From NCBI GenBank assembly GCA_964016885.1, contig OZ024740.1, positions 312,046,001-312,110,000 on the forward strand: a stretch of 64,000 nt of DNA, given 5' to 3'. The notes under the pieces were generated by a model. That model did not search any database and had not been told where the DNA came from. It saw only the letters and a list, made by a program, of their open reading frames with translations. Source of the stretch: Eledone cirrhosa (lineage: Eukaryota). Within the stretch, counting starts at the first letter, position 1; every line of letters begins with the position of its first letter. Of the stretch, positions 22,736 to 35,700 are shown piece by piece. The position numbers were made by a program, and so were the translations under genes.

Positions 22736-25700
22736 GTAAATATATCTTTTATTCTGTGATTTATTTCATCTTACCATCTTCTGTAAAATATTTGAGATAC
22801 TTTTACATTGAAATCAGTCTTGTTTTCTCATTTTTCAAAGATGCATTCCATTTTAAAGGCGTGATTCCTATTGAATATCTGTTGCTTGGGTTTACCATAT
22901 ATATATATTAAAACGAACTCATCTGATTGCCGGGAGCTATGTATTTTCTTGCCTATTCCTGAATGTTAATTAACTGAACTTTCCCAATTATTTAATAACA
23001 AATTGGGGTAGAAATATGTTGGGTATTCTGACGGTTATTCATAAATTACGTACGAAGCTTAATTCAACAGTTCCCCCTGTTCAGAATTTCACGGTTCTGT
23101 GAATAACCTCAGAGTAACACACCTATGTGGCCGCTCGACCTGTTAGTAATAGCAGTCAAATCATGCCCAATTGTATTTAAAAATAAAGGGTACGAAGAAT
23201 AGGATATTGAAGTTCCTAGATGCACGATGCCAGGAAGATAAATATGGGTTCTTCACAGCTGAAACGCTTCTTTTATTGGTCTTATTTAATCAGAGACCGA
23301 CCCTGGGCTAAATAACATTTAGGAGATGATTTGAGCCAACGTGGTATCCTCTACGCAGTCGCTTCTCTTTCTGAAAATAGGAGCTAAATCTTAAGGATAC
23401 ATTGGATATATAAAATGACAGAAATACTGGGATGCTTTTGGTCATTGATTAGAGCTGACCTGGGGCTAAATAACAATATTTGATGATTATTATTTCACTT
23501 TATGTACATGATATTTAAACAAGGTGACTTATCAAAATAAGTTCTGAGCTTAACATCGATTAAATTCTATGCAAATGTTTTAGTTATGCAGACAGGGTAT
23601 TTAACAAAAACTCCCAAATCCGCTTAAACGCTCATGTAATTATAATCGCATATCTATATTAGATTTATTAAGTTTAAATAGTCAGTAAATATGAATATTA
23701 TTATCATTATTTTTTTATCCTTACGCCTTTGTAAGTTGTTTAGCCCTATGTCACTCATGGGCGAGCTCACCTATGATGTATGACCATGTCGTTTATTTGG
23801 GTGTCGTTGATAAAAGATCTCCTTTGAAGAAAATGAAAATATCACACCAGGTTCACCGTATTTATTTCCCATGCTACACACGCACAAGCTGATGAAGGAA
23901 TTCTATCTTAAGGAAACCTAACGTGAACCCTAGCCAAACATAATCTTAATCTATACACAATGAATCCGATGAATCAGACGAAATATTTCCTATCAATGAT
24001 GCCCGTTTTGTATATCAGGAGTGACTGATAATAGTATGTATTGGAAGGGAAATTTGACTGCTATTTCTAGCGGGTGAAACGATCGTTGGATTCATCATTG
24101 GCTCCTGGACAACGTGTTGATAAAACTGCGCCGATTAAAATATTTGAAGTTTCAAACATTCTGTTTATTTTATTAAAAGTTATTTCCCATTCTAGCTTGA
24201 ATTTACAAATTTTAATATAAATGTTGGTATTTTTCTTTTAATTAATTTCCAGTCTAATTGAATACGTTCACTCACTCTGGTGCTACATTTCACGAGTTTT
24301 TGTTTATTTACTGACCGCATTCATGGGATGGTTATGAGTCAATATCTAGTGCGCAGCTTATATCCTGAGACAAGAGAACCTCTACTGTTAGGATTAGCAA
24401 CCAAATTTTCCTCTAATGATACCTTACCGTCTTTAAAAGAAAGAAAGGATACATTAGATTATGATAGGCCTAAAATACTCCTAAAATGGGATGACCACTG
24501 TTGGAATGCCTTTGATCATGGGTCTGCTCGATCAAGCTTGACCTGTGGCTTAAAACTTTGTCTTTCATCCTTACGGGGGTTGATAAAATAAAGCCCTAGT
24601 AATGCTCTGGGATAACTGCTAGCCTTGTGCCAAAAGTAGAAACAATTATTAAATGTACTTCTTTCCAGAGTTTTTCATCTTTCTGGTTTTGTGAGATAAG
24701 AGAAAACTGGTTTCATTCGAACTGGAATGTTAAAGAACTCAAAATCACGTTTGCTAATTCTGATACGCATTTGAAAGCCTTAGTTTGTTTTCTTTATATT
24801 ATTATATCTAAAGAGATCAAATCCCGCCGAGGTTAACTTTGCCTTTCATCCTTACGGGGTCGATAAAATAAAGTACCAGTAATGTACTAGGTAATTGCTG
24901 GCCTTGTGCCTAAAGTAGAAACAATTATTATATCTAAAGAGAGTGAAGGAACATGTATTTATTCATTGAGTAATATGATTAAAAGTAATTGTTAAATATT
25001 ATATATACGTACTATAGTCATTTCAAAATATTGGACGACAATTCATTGAGCTTATGTATTGGTTCTTGTGATCTCCAATGAATGTATATTTTACTTGCAT
25101 ATTAACAATTCCTTAAGTTGTGATCTTTTCATTTTATGTAGTTATAGATGAGGTTAATATCGCAATAAAATTTATAATTTTAACTATAACTGTGCCCTAG
25201 ACAAGTATATTCCTTTTGATATCAATCTGCCCCAAACCACCTCAGATTCTATGAAACAAATCACCCATTTTAATTTGATATAAGAACCTTTTGTTATGTT
25301 ACACTTACCATCTTAATAATGAAATAATAAATAATTTTAGTAAAACCTTCAAATTCTTCATTAATTCAAATACAGTGTATTTCATTAGAAATATAATAAA
25401 AGGGTTAAATCAGTCAGATAGTTAACTGCTGTTATGTATTAAAAAGCAGTCTGTATAATGAAATAATAATATTTTGAATAGAAGTTAACCTATCATCTTT
25501 AAATTGTACTTAGCTGGTGTATATATTATGGAATAATTTCATAAGTTTTAATGATGGTTACAATTTGATTTCTCAGCAACTTCAACAATTCAAATTATTA
25601 ATCTTCAACTTCACTTAGTAATCCATTTTCCTCACCAAGGAAAGCCGAAGTAGCTTGTAGGCTTTTCTATTTCCCTTTGGTATAAGTAAATTGTAGATTT

Positions 25701-26223
25701 AGATCATCATGGGCAACATTTTTCGAGCTGTGGGCCGCATAGGATGTGGCTTGTCATAAGGTGGGTCACACTACTAAAAAATTGAAAGCATTTTGAATTA
25801 GGTGTGTCATTCAGAAAGCGAAACAGGCTGCAGTTTGCCCAATCCCGCCGAGGTTAACTTTGCCTTTCATCCTTACGGGGTCGATAAAATAAAGTACCAG
25901 TAATGTACTGGGTAATTTCTGGCCTTGTGCCAATAGTAGAAACAATTATCATTATAAACGAGGAAAACTAAAGTTAGCCTCAAGTTTTAATAGAACCTGT
26001 GTACTGTTATAATGATATCTCAGGCTGTTGTTCTATCTTTAGATGAATGAAGCAGGACCATATTGATTCTGTTAATTACCTTCTAAATGATAACACTGTT
26101 ATGTTTATATTATTATCATTGTTATAATTTTGCTGTCAGAATGTGTTTTGTTTGTTTTCTCTCTGTTGCATTGATGGATACAAACGTAAAGTCACTAACT
26201 TTATACCTATTTTCTTGCAGGAA

Positions 26224-26356
26224 ATGAAAACAACGTTATCATACCTGTTATTCCTCCTTAGCTTGTTGGCTGCACTTCTTCATTGCATTACGTGCACTCA
26301 GTATGATTCAAGCATAGAAGACAATGAATTTGCTGAGTTTGAAGAATTTGATGAAG
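26224..26356 (+). CDS. CCDC47: CCDC47 coding exon 1 (signal peptide)
   Basis: cttgcag|gaaATG; MKTTLSYLLFLLSLLAALLHCITCTQYDSSIEDNEFAEFEEFDE; donor GTCAGT. Confidence 0.9.
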
Positions 26357-26710
26357 GTCAGTTACAAAAACAATTTTTGTGTAAAATTATCAATAAGTAT
26401 TTTTGTATTTCTTTCCACCCAATATAAAAAATGTTTTTCTCAAAAAAAAAAAAAAAAATCTAATAAGTGTATATTCTAAATATATAATAAACTTTGGTGG
26501 AATATTAATATAAGGTTTTATATTATTTTTTTTATTGTATAACTAGTCCACCCATGACGTTCACTTCAAAATATTTTTTTAAACTCATGTTCACTTAAAA
26601 ATAATTTTTAGATAATTAAAATATACACAGACACATATATATATAATGTGAAATGAAACTGGAAGGCCCATAGATATACATGTGTGTATGTATATATATA
26701 AATGTGTGTG

Positions 26711-26743
<33 letters not shown>

Positions 26744-29700
26744 CTGTGATCTATATACACTGGTCATAGACACACACATATATATATATACACACCACCA
26801 GCTCTCTTCCATTCTCCTTCTGTCTCCTCTCCCTCTCTATGTCTCTCTTTCAATCTACTCTGTCACAACCACTATCTCTTCCTCATAGAGATTGTCTTAA
26901 TTGTAGTTTTTACATAGTGCTAATCTGATGGAAGCTGTCCCTCTCTAAATTGGCAACTACACTTTTGCAGCATAGTTTTCTTAGAGAATGTTGTGCTACT
27001 TAAAAAACATCCACTGAGTTTGACACCTCACTCCACACTTGCTTATTCTGTTTATGTGGTCTGGTAACATAGCTTATTGGTACTTTCAATAGAATGTAAT
27101 GGACCTATGTTGGTTTCTACAATGAGTGCTCCAGTTGTTTGATCAATAGATCTGCCTGCTCGTAAAATTAACATCTAAGTGGTAGAGCATTCCACAGACT
27201 TGTGTAACTTTAACATAATTCTCAGGGAGATTCAGTGTAACAAAGTGTGTGACAAGACTGACTCTTTGAATTACAAGTACAGTCTATCTAACAGGCTTCC
27301 AAACAGTTCTTGTCTACCCAATTTCACTTAAAAGGCATGGGTAGGCCTGCGGCTATGGTAAATGACACTTGCACAAGATGCTACACAGTGGGATCAAATC
27401 CGGGACCTGATGATTGCAAAGTGAACTTAACCATTTAGCCATGCTGTGACGTACAGTAAGAGAAATAGAAAAAAAAATTATTTATCTTTGAGGTGTTAAG
27501 TCTTTTTAATACCAATAAATCATTCAGAGCAATGTGCTTTCCATTGGAGCACAACTCAGCTGTTTTAAAGTTTATACTTCTGACAGTTTGGTTTGTACTT
27601 CAGTCCTTTAATCTTGCAGCTACATTTTATTGTTAAATTAACAAGGTGTATTATTAATTGTTAGTTGTAATATCTGTTATGATCAAATGAAAATGGTACT
27701 AGAGTAGGTTACAAAACATATTTTATGTAGTTGATAACTTATATACATACATAGCAATCTGACCTTTGAGAAGTTATTAATTGAAAAACTGTGTTTCATT
27801 GCAGAAGATCCACTTGATTCAAATTCGAACCAAGATCAAGAAACGTATTTAAGAAGTGAATCAAAACAGTCTTCAGAAGATCAGCAGCAGCAACAGCAAC
27901 AAAAATGGTCCCAATATCCAGATAATACTGCTGAAGATGATGATGCTACAGTAGAGGTATTGTATTAGATACATATGTGATAAGATATATATATATATAT
28001 ATTCAGTGAAATTCTGTTACAACGAAATTCATGGGGTATAAAAAAAATTTGTTGTAATGAAAAATTCTTTATAACGAGATCGACCGAAACAAATCAAGCA
28101 TTTGTTTGTTGAGGGATTGAAAAAAAGTTTTGTTTTCCTAAAAACTTCATTATATATTATTCGTTATAACAGAATGTTATCTGTATATATATCATCAGCA
28201 TTTAATATTTATTTTCCATGCTGCTTACATTGGTTAGATGGCTGTCTCGTGCAGATACAATACCAATCAGGTGACTAGGTGGTGCATGTACACTTCGTTT
28301 TGGTTTGTTTTCTATGACTGAATGCCTTCATTATGCTGACCACTTTACATTGTGTACTGGGCACATGGTTTCTATGGTTGGATGCCCTTCTTAATACCAA
28401 CCATTTTACAGTGTGTTCTGGGAGTATTTTATCAAGACTCCAACACTACCACATTACAGGGTTAACAGGGTACTTTTTGTCATGGTACCAGCACTACTCT
28501 ATTACAACACTAGAGTGTTCAGTGTCCTTAGTGGGTGTTGGGGGTGGGTTACAGACGTTGTACTGTAGGGGTAGGGGTGTTTTTTTTTGTTTGTTTGTTT
28601 TTTTTTGTTTTTTTTTTGTAATTTTTCGGGATGAAAAATAATAAGACATTATAATCATACTCCAAACCTCATCTCATCACCTCCTGATTAAGCAATGTGT
28701 GTTAAACATTACACTGCACTAATTTTCACAATCAAGTTAAACTTTCAAATGCCCACCTGCACAATAGATTATGTTGCTACTCATACTCCTAATGTAATAT
28801 AGTGAGATATTCCATCTTAATTTGAGGTATAGCAATAATTTACCTCTAGGGTATGAATAAATTATGAATAATACTTAGAATTTTGCCGTCTTGTTTTTAT
28901 GTCCATTTTCCTTAGCTTGCATATAGGTTGAATGGTCTTTTTCTAGCTATTTGTTGCATTTCTTTGTCATCTCTTTCATTAGATTTAGGCTCTTTAAATC
29001 AAATCAACAGTGTAGATAGTTTGTAATGATCAGATTTCTAGTAAAGTATAATTTGATACTTGCCTATATTTTCATGATTTCTTTTTCTTTGCAGACTGAA
29101 GATGATGAAAATGCTTACTTAAATGATGATGAAGAGTTTGAAGGATTTGATGATAGAGGTAATTATGGCAAAGGCAAACAACATGAAGCATCTCCTGGAC
29201 TCACTATTCCAAATGTAAATAATTTTTTGTTTTTATTTTTGTGTGTTGAAAATGTTGTCTTATTTAGTGGTAAGAGTGTTGAGCGATTGTGTGTTGTGTT
29301 CTTGAACAAAGCACTTCATTTCACGTTGTTCCAGTATACTCAGCTGAAAATGAGTACCAGCAATAGCTGGGAATTTAACCTAGCGATGACTGACATCCTG
29401 TCCATGAGGTAGTCATGTACTTTCAGTCGCTACATGCCACGGAAACCAGGATAAGCACTGGCCTGATAAGCCTCCAGGCTCAAGACAGACTTAGATAGCC
29501 TTATTGTAAGATAGAAGATCTCATGATTTCCAATTGTTGCCATTATTTGGCGATGGCAAAAACCTGTTAAGATAGATTAAGGAAGAATGTGGATGATTTG
29601 GTTAGATTGTATCTGAGAAAGATATTGAGCTAGAGTGTACCTATGTATAGCTTAGGCTTGGCTGCGTGGCTAAGAAGTTTGCTTCTTAATCATGTGGTTC

Positions 29701-32700
29701 CAGTTTAAAAAAAAAAAGGGATGTGGAAGAACATACATTTATTGGTCTATTTTGGCTTATTTAACCCTTTAGCATTTAAACCAGCTGTATCCAGCCAGAA
29801 TTCTCTCACCTCTTTCTGTTCAAACCAGCCATAACTGGCTGCTCATATTGATATTAAGGTATTGTTCTCAAAATAAATAATATCAAAATCTCATAGATTC
29901 GATATTATGTGAAATAGTGTTTACCATGAAAATACAATACTAAATATAGAGTAATGTAAATGCTAAAGGGTTAGAATTAATTTAAAATACTATTTATCTT
30001 GCATATTATTCAAATGTCAATAATTCTGCCACAACTGTTAGATATTGTAATTATTTGCCTGCCATGTCAAAATGTAAATAATCTTAGGAATTTGTCATAA
30101 CTTTCAATTTTATCAGTCCCCCTCTCTTATATGAATTATCAATAGTAGGCATGATAAGGTTAACACTTCTAATGAAATTTATTGAACCGATCATTTATCA
30201 CTATAATGTTCTATGATGTTTTATTTTCAGATACCTTACCACTTACACACCAACTGGGATAGTTTTTATATGGAAATGTTGATGTTGGGTGGATTGTGTG
30301 CATATTTCTTGAACTTTCTGGCTGGAAAATCGAAAAACCACAAGTTAGCTCAAGCTTGGCTTAACGGACATAAGGAACTACTATATTCAAATTTCTTCAT
30401 CGTTGGTAAGTTAGGACATATCTCAGCATTATTATTACTCTAATGGTAGGCAGAATCTTTATAGTTTGACAAAATGTCTTGTGGTATTTATTCCAGGTGT
30501 TCAGTTCTGAGTTCAAATCCCACTGGGCATGCCCACGTGTGTTAGACACATGGAAATCAAAAAGGTGCTCAGGGTTGTTGGCAAGATGGTTAATAATTTT
30601 GTGGGTGTTTACCAAGTCAGTTGCCAGACGTCGGAACTTCAATGTATCCATGCCCAGGGAAGCAAGGCATTCAGAGTATGGTAGATGCCTGATGGGAGGT
30701 ATATTGAACAGTTTCCAGGAGGTCAATGTTCTGAGCAAGATAGAGGTTCCAGACTGGTGATGCAAATTCTAAGTGTGGCTGCACCATAGCTATGTACAGC
30801 TTTAAATAGATAGCTGGAGAGCAGCTGACAAAGGTCTTGCTGAGTGATGCTAAGACACCCTCTGCCTTCTTGACAATTTTAGAGACGTGCTTCGTCCAAC
30901 GTAAATCGTTGTCAGTAATGCCCAGGTCACGTTCACAAGAAGAGTTCTTGATATTAGTGTTGTGGAGAGATTATGTGGATGCTGGGTTTTTCCTCCCAAA
31001 ATGCATGGTGGTACACTTGTCCACAGACAGCTTGAGTTGCCAGTCCATAATCCATTGCTGCATTGTGTCCAGGTCTGATTGCAGGAAAGATCTATAGTGT
31101 TCAGGATCTGTCCTTTTTATCTCAAGGTACAGCTTGATGTCATCTGCATATTTCAATACTGTGGCATTCTTTAAGTTGGCATCTGTCATTGATATATGCC
31201 ACAAACAAAAGTGGACCAAGAACAGATCCCTGTGGTACACCAGATGACATCTCATACAGTGAGGAATGCTGTCGTAGATCTGTGACTACCTTTCTTCGAT
31301 TGAGAATGAAGGACTTAACCAGTTAAAAAGATCATCCTTCACACCCATTGCAGAAAGTTTTGCCATAAGTCTTTTGTGTGGCACAGAATCGAAAGCTTTA
31401 GCAAAGTCAAGGTAAACAACATCCACCCATGAGCCGTCGTCAGTGATCTGGGTGATCTCTTCAAGAAACTCGATAAGTTGATCACAGCAGCTGGAGTTAG
31501 GGATAAATCCAAATTGCGAGGGCCGGATAAAACTGAGGATTCCAGAAGTTCCAAAGTGTTTCTCTGATACAGGAGTCCATCAGTTTGGCAATGCAGTTAG
31601 TAAAACTGACTGGATGATAGTTTACAGGCGACGTGCGGTCACCCTTTTTGAACAGAGGAATGACACTGGCAGTTGGAACAGAGGAGTGACACTGGTACAT
31701 AACACCATCAAGACCAGGAGAGGCATGGTTGCGTTTATTTTTAAGGTGGCATTGCAGGTGTAAATTCCATAGTGATGAGTAATAGATAAGTGAGTAACAA
31801 AGGATTGAGGTGAGTGATAGGCATATGGTAATTTAATATGAACACAATGATCAGGTGAGGTTTAAATGATGATATTATCCATGTCAATCTCTGGTATTTG
31901 ATAATATTCAAATTTTTTTAATGGGTTAGAAGAGAATTGGCATTGCTTGTGACTTTTTTCAGAGTATACAAGTGAGGAAAGAAGAAATCACAGCTTGTGA
32001 ATTGCTGCAGTAGGAAACAATACATCATGATATTGAATTATCCCCTGACTGGATATCTGCTCCAAATGATTGCAGTAAGGTGTACATTGTTAAAGTCACT
32101 CAAGAGGCAGGTGGTTGTGTTAAGTAGTTAAATATTTTGTTGTGATTCTACATTTTTTTAGTATATGTGTATATTATTATCATCTTTGATTGAACTTTGC
32201 TATAATAATTTATTACATTTCTGTATGAATATATTTACATAATTATTGAATAAACATTTCTCAGCTGTTTGCTGATCAAAAGATGGTAAAAATGTCAAGT
32301 AATTAATATATGAGTAACATTACTTCAATTTTAACATTTTAAACCATACGGTATTTGTGCAGGCATTACTTTATGATTACAAAATTTGCTTTGCCACAAT
32401 GGTTCAATCAGACTGCATAGCAACTTAAACAACTTCTATTATAACCTTGTAAGTGGGATTTATGTGGAAATTTGTTGTATAAATATGTATATATATTTGT
32501 CCTTGTGTATACACTTTACTGATGTATATCAGTGACAGAGGTAAACCTTGCAAAGAAAAACAAAATAAATCAGTCGCATTCAAACTAAAGTATGCTGTAG
32601 TATTTGTTCTGCTTGAGTTACAGACACTCCCTTATCTTTGATGCAATGTACCACTGATTGGTCCATTGGACACCTAACTAATGATGTTATGGTATAAAAA

Positions 32701-35700
32701 TATAGATGTGTGTGTATTACTATTTTTAGATTGAACTTGACAGAACTTCCTAGATGCTCTTCCCTCATAATTCTTGTTTTCTAGCTGCTTATTCATAAGG
32801 GTTTCTGATTTAGGTACAAGGTCAACAATTTGTGGGGAGGGAAAAGTCAATTAAATCAACCCCAGTGTGTTACTGGAACTTTATTTTGTCGACCCCGTAA
32901 CGATGAAAGGCAACAGTAACCACAGCGGATTTGAACTCAGAATGTAAACGGCCGTAACTATATGCCACAAAGCACATTGTCGGGCGCTCCACCGATATCG
33001 CCAATCCACTGCCCTCGGCTGCCTATTCATAATGATGTTAAGTTAGATCGTTCTGCCATTAATATTTATATATCATATATATTTCATTTTAAAAAATCTT
33101 TTGCAGGGGACGATGGAGCTACTAAAGATGCTCAGTCAGGGATGTTGCTCAAAGAATCAGAGAATGTTTATGTTCTTTGGTGCAGTGGGCGTGTCTATGT
33201 TGAAGGAATGTTAGTTGAATTAAAGTTCATCAAACGACAAGATTTAGTTAACACCATTGCTCGAGCATTGAAACCTTCATCAGACCAAATTGTGAGTTAA
33301 ACATTATTGTTTTCATTATAACAATCATAAACTAATGATGTTTGATACTGACGATAAATTCTATATTTCTTCAAATTCTTACTATTGCTGTTGTTATCAA
33401 ATTAACTTACTAATTGTTGTGGATATATATTTTTTAATGATTTATTGCAAAGTATGCAAATGAGGCTAATCAACCGATGTATACTTTAGAAAATACTATA
33501 TAATTTCAACAGTTCAATCGAGTAGCAGAGAGGTATACAGTCCAGATGAAGGGTAATCACCCAGAAACATGTTGGCTGTTCCTTATGCTACTGTTGAACA
33601 AACGAATGACGATAGTCATCAAAAACAAAACATAGCATTTGCAAACGAATTGAATATTATTATTATTCGATATAACCCATATTTACATTTATGTAATTCG
33701 CAATGTTAGAGCAAAAAATCAAATTCTAATTTTGTTTTTATTACAAAATAATTTTAGTTTTAATCATACTGTTTTATTTTAAATCCAACCTAGGTTGTTA
33801 CAATAGACATGGAACCAAACACTATGGATAAATTTGTCTGTTGCATTGCCCAGAAAAAAGTTTGTGCCAAATTACATCGAGATATGTATGACCTTGTAGG
33901 TATCTAACATCTTTTTACAATTTTTTTTTTTCGTTTTTCTTTTTTTCCCCCCTTATTCCTGGGAGGGTTGTTGAGGCAGAGTCTTGAAATACGGCTCCCA
34001 GGGGGTCCTATCAGAAGCAACTATCTCCAGTTGATCCAGCTGGATCCCCAAGTGAGATCAACTGAGCTCATGAATGTTATCCAACCATCTTGTTCAGGGT
34101 CTACCCCTACGTCTCTTGCCAGTTGGCTTTGCCCGTAAAATCTGTTCATTGATTCTTTTGACATTCAAACCAGATGTATGTAGTATTGGAGCTGTAATTT
34201 CTTAATTTGGAGAGGTAGTGGCTCTACCTGGAGCAACTCCCTTATCTCTTTGCTATATTCCCTATTGAGTAACATTACTCCAATGACCAGAGGAACCCCA
34301 TTTGTATTCGTGATTGCATTCTTTCGGTCACATTCATAGGTAAAAATAGGCATGAACACTGAATTAAAGATAGTGAGTTTGGCTTTTACACCTACCTCCC
34401 TTCTTCTGATAAAAAGAATATGATGGCAAATTTATTTAACTGTTTTTATTTTTACAAAGCAGAATTATCATTTTGAGAACATAAAATAAAAGAATTATCT
34501 TGTAGTAGTTTAATCCTTTTATTATATTTCTAATGAAAGATACTGCCTATGATTTCCAAATGATTTCAAGAGTTTTAATTGTGTTAATACTAAATTTTAT
34601 TTTAAAATACTCAAATATATTCCTAGGATGAAAATACATAAAAATGTGTGTTATTCATGATGTGTGAGAGTGAAATACAAGTTTATGTATGTGATATGTA
34701 TAATGATTATATATTTATGCTATTGAAAGAAACGAGTTCATATCCTCATTGAAGGCTGTTTAGAGATATTTCAGGTCTCTTGTTTGTATTTTAATGTGAT
34801 GCCTGTGTGTGGAAAATAAAGGAGAATTGAAGAGTGATATTATTAGCAGAGGATTATGTGTTAGAAGTGACAGCTAGTAGTAGATTGAGGAAATATACTT
34901 AAATAATCAGTTGTTAGATGAAATTTTAACAAGTTCGATTATATAATTTTAAATTTATTGAATAGATTTGTAATTGTTTTAGTTTTTGCAGAGAAAATTA
35001 TTTATATATTCATTTTGCCTTTTAGAGCCAGTTTTGCACTGAAAAGAAAAGTGCTGAAAAATTTGATTTGCCCTCAAGTTATCAAATTTTAAGTGAAATT
35101 GGAGAAGCCACATCTGCTGTCATAGATAAAAGGGTAATGTTTCCTCAAGTTCTTAAATAAATTCTAACATATTTGAAAAAAAAAATATTTTGTATAATAT
35201 GCTAATTTGTGAAGCTTATTTTATGAATATATCTGGTCTGTATATTATTTAAGAAACATTAAAGCAAGAAATACTGAACTAATATTTAAAAACATGTCTT
35301 GAATAAAAAAAACTGTTTATTTTTAAAAATTATATTTAAGCTTGTATTCTCTTATATTTTATGATTAATTGTAATGTTTGCTTTTATTTCTAGGTTCACC
35401 ACATATTGACAAAATATGAAGGGCTTGTAGAATACATACATTTCTCAGACATGTATTCAGGACCTAAAAATCAAGAGTAAGTTATCTGGGTTGATTTTTT
35501 TTTATTTCTTTTCTTCATTCTTTTGACAAAAAGAAAAGTCAAAGACACTGAAAGGTGGGTGTGATTAGTTATGGAAAATGAAACAGAATTTCCTGCTCAC
35601 ATCTATGAAGGTTTAGTTAGTCTTCTAGAAAGTTGTATCTCATAGGAGGTTTCTCAGGTGTTTTAATGATGGGGCTCCAGTCCTATCATGAAAAGTAATG

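Noticed and set aside
23885-23995. Further hammerhead-like cores (gCTGATGAagg...GAAAC; ccgatga...gaaa)
   Set aside because: No convincing stem I/II pairing was found by eye.
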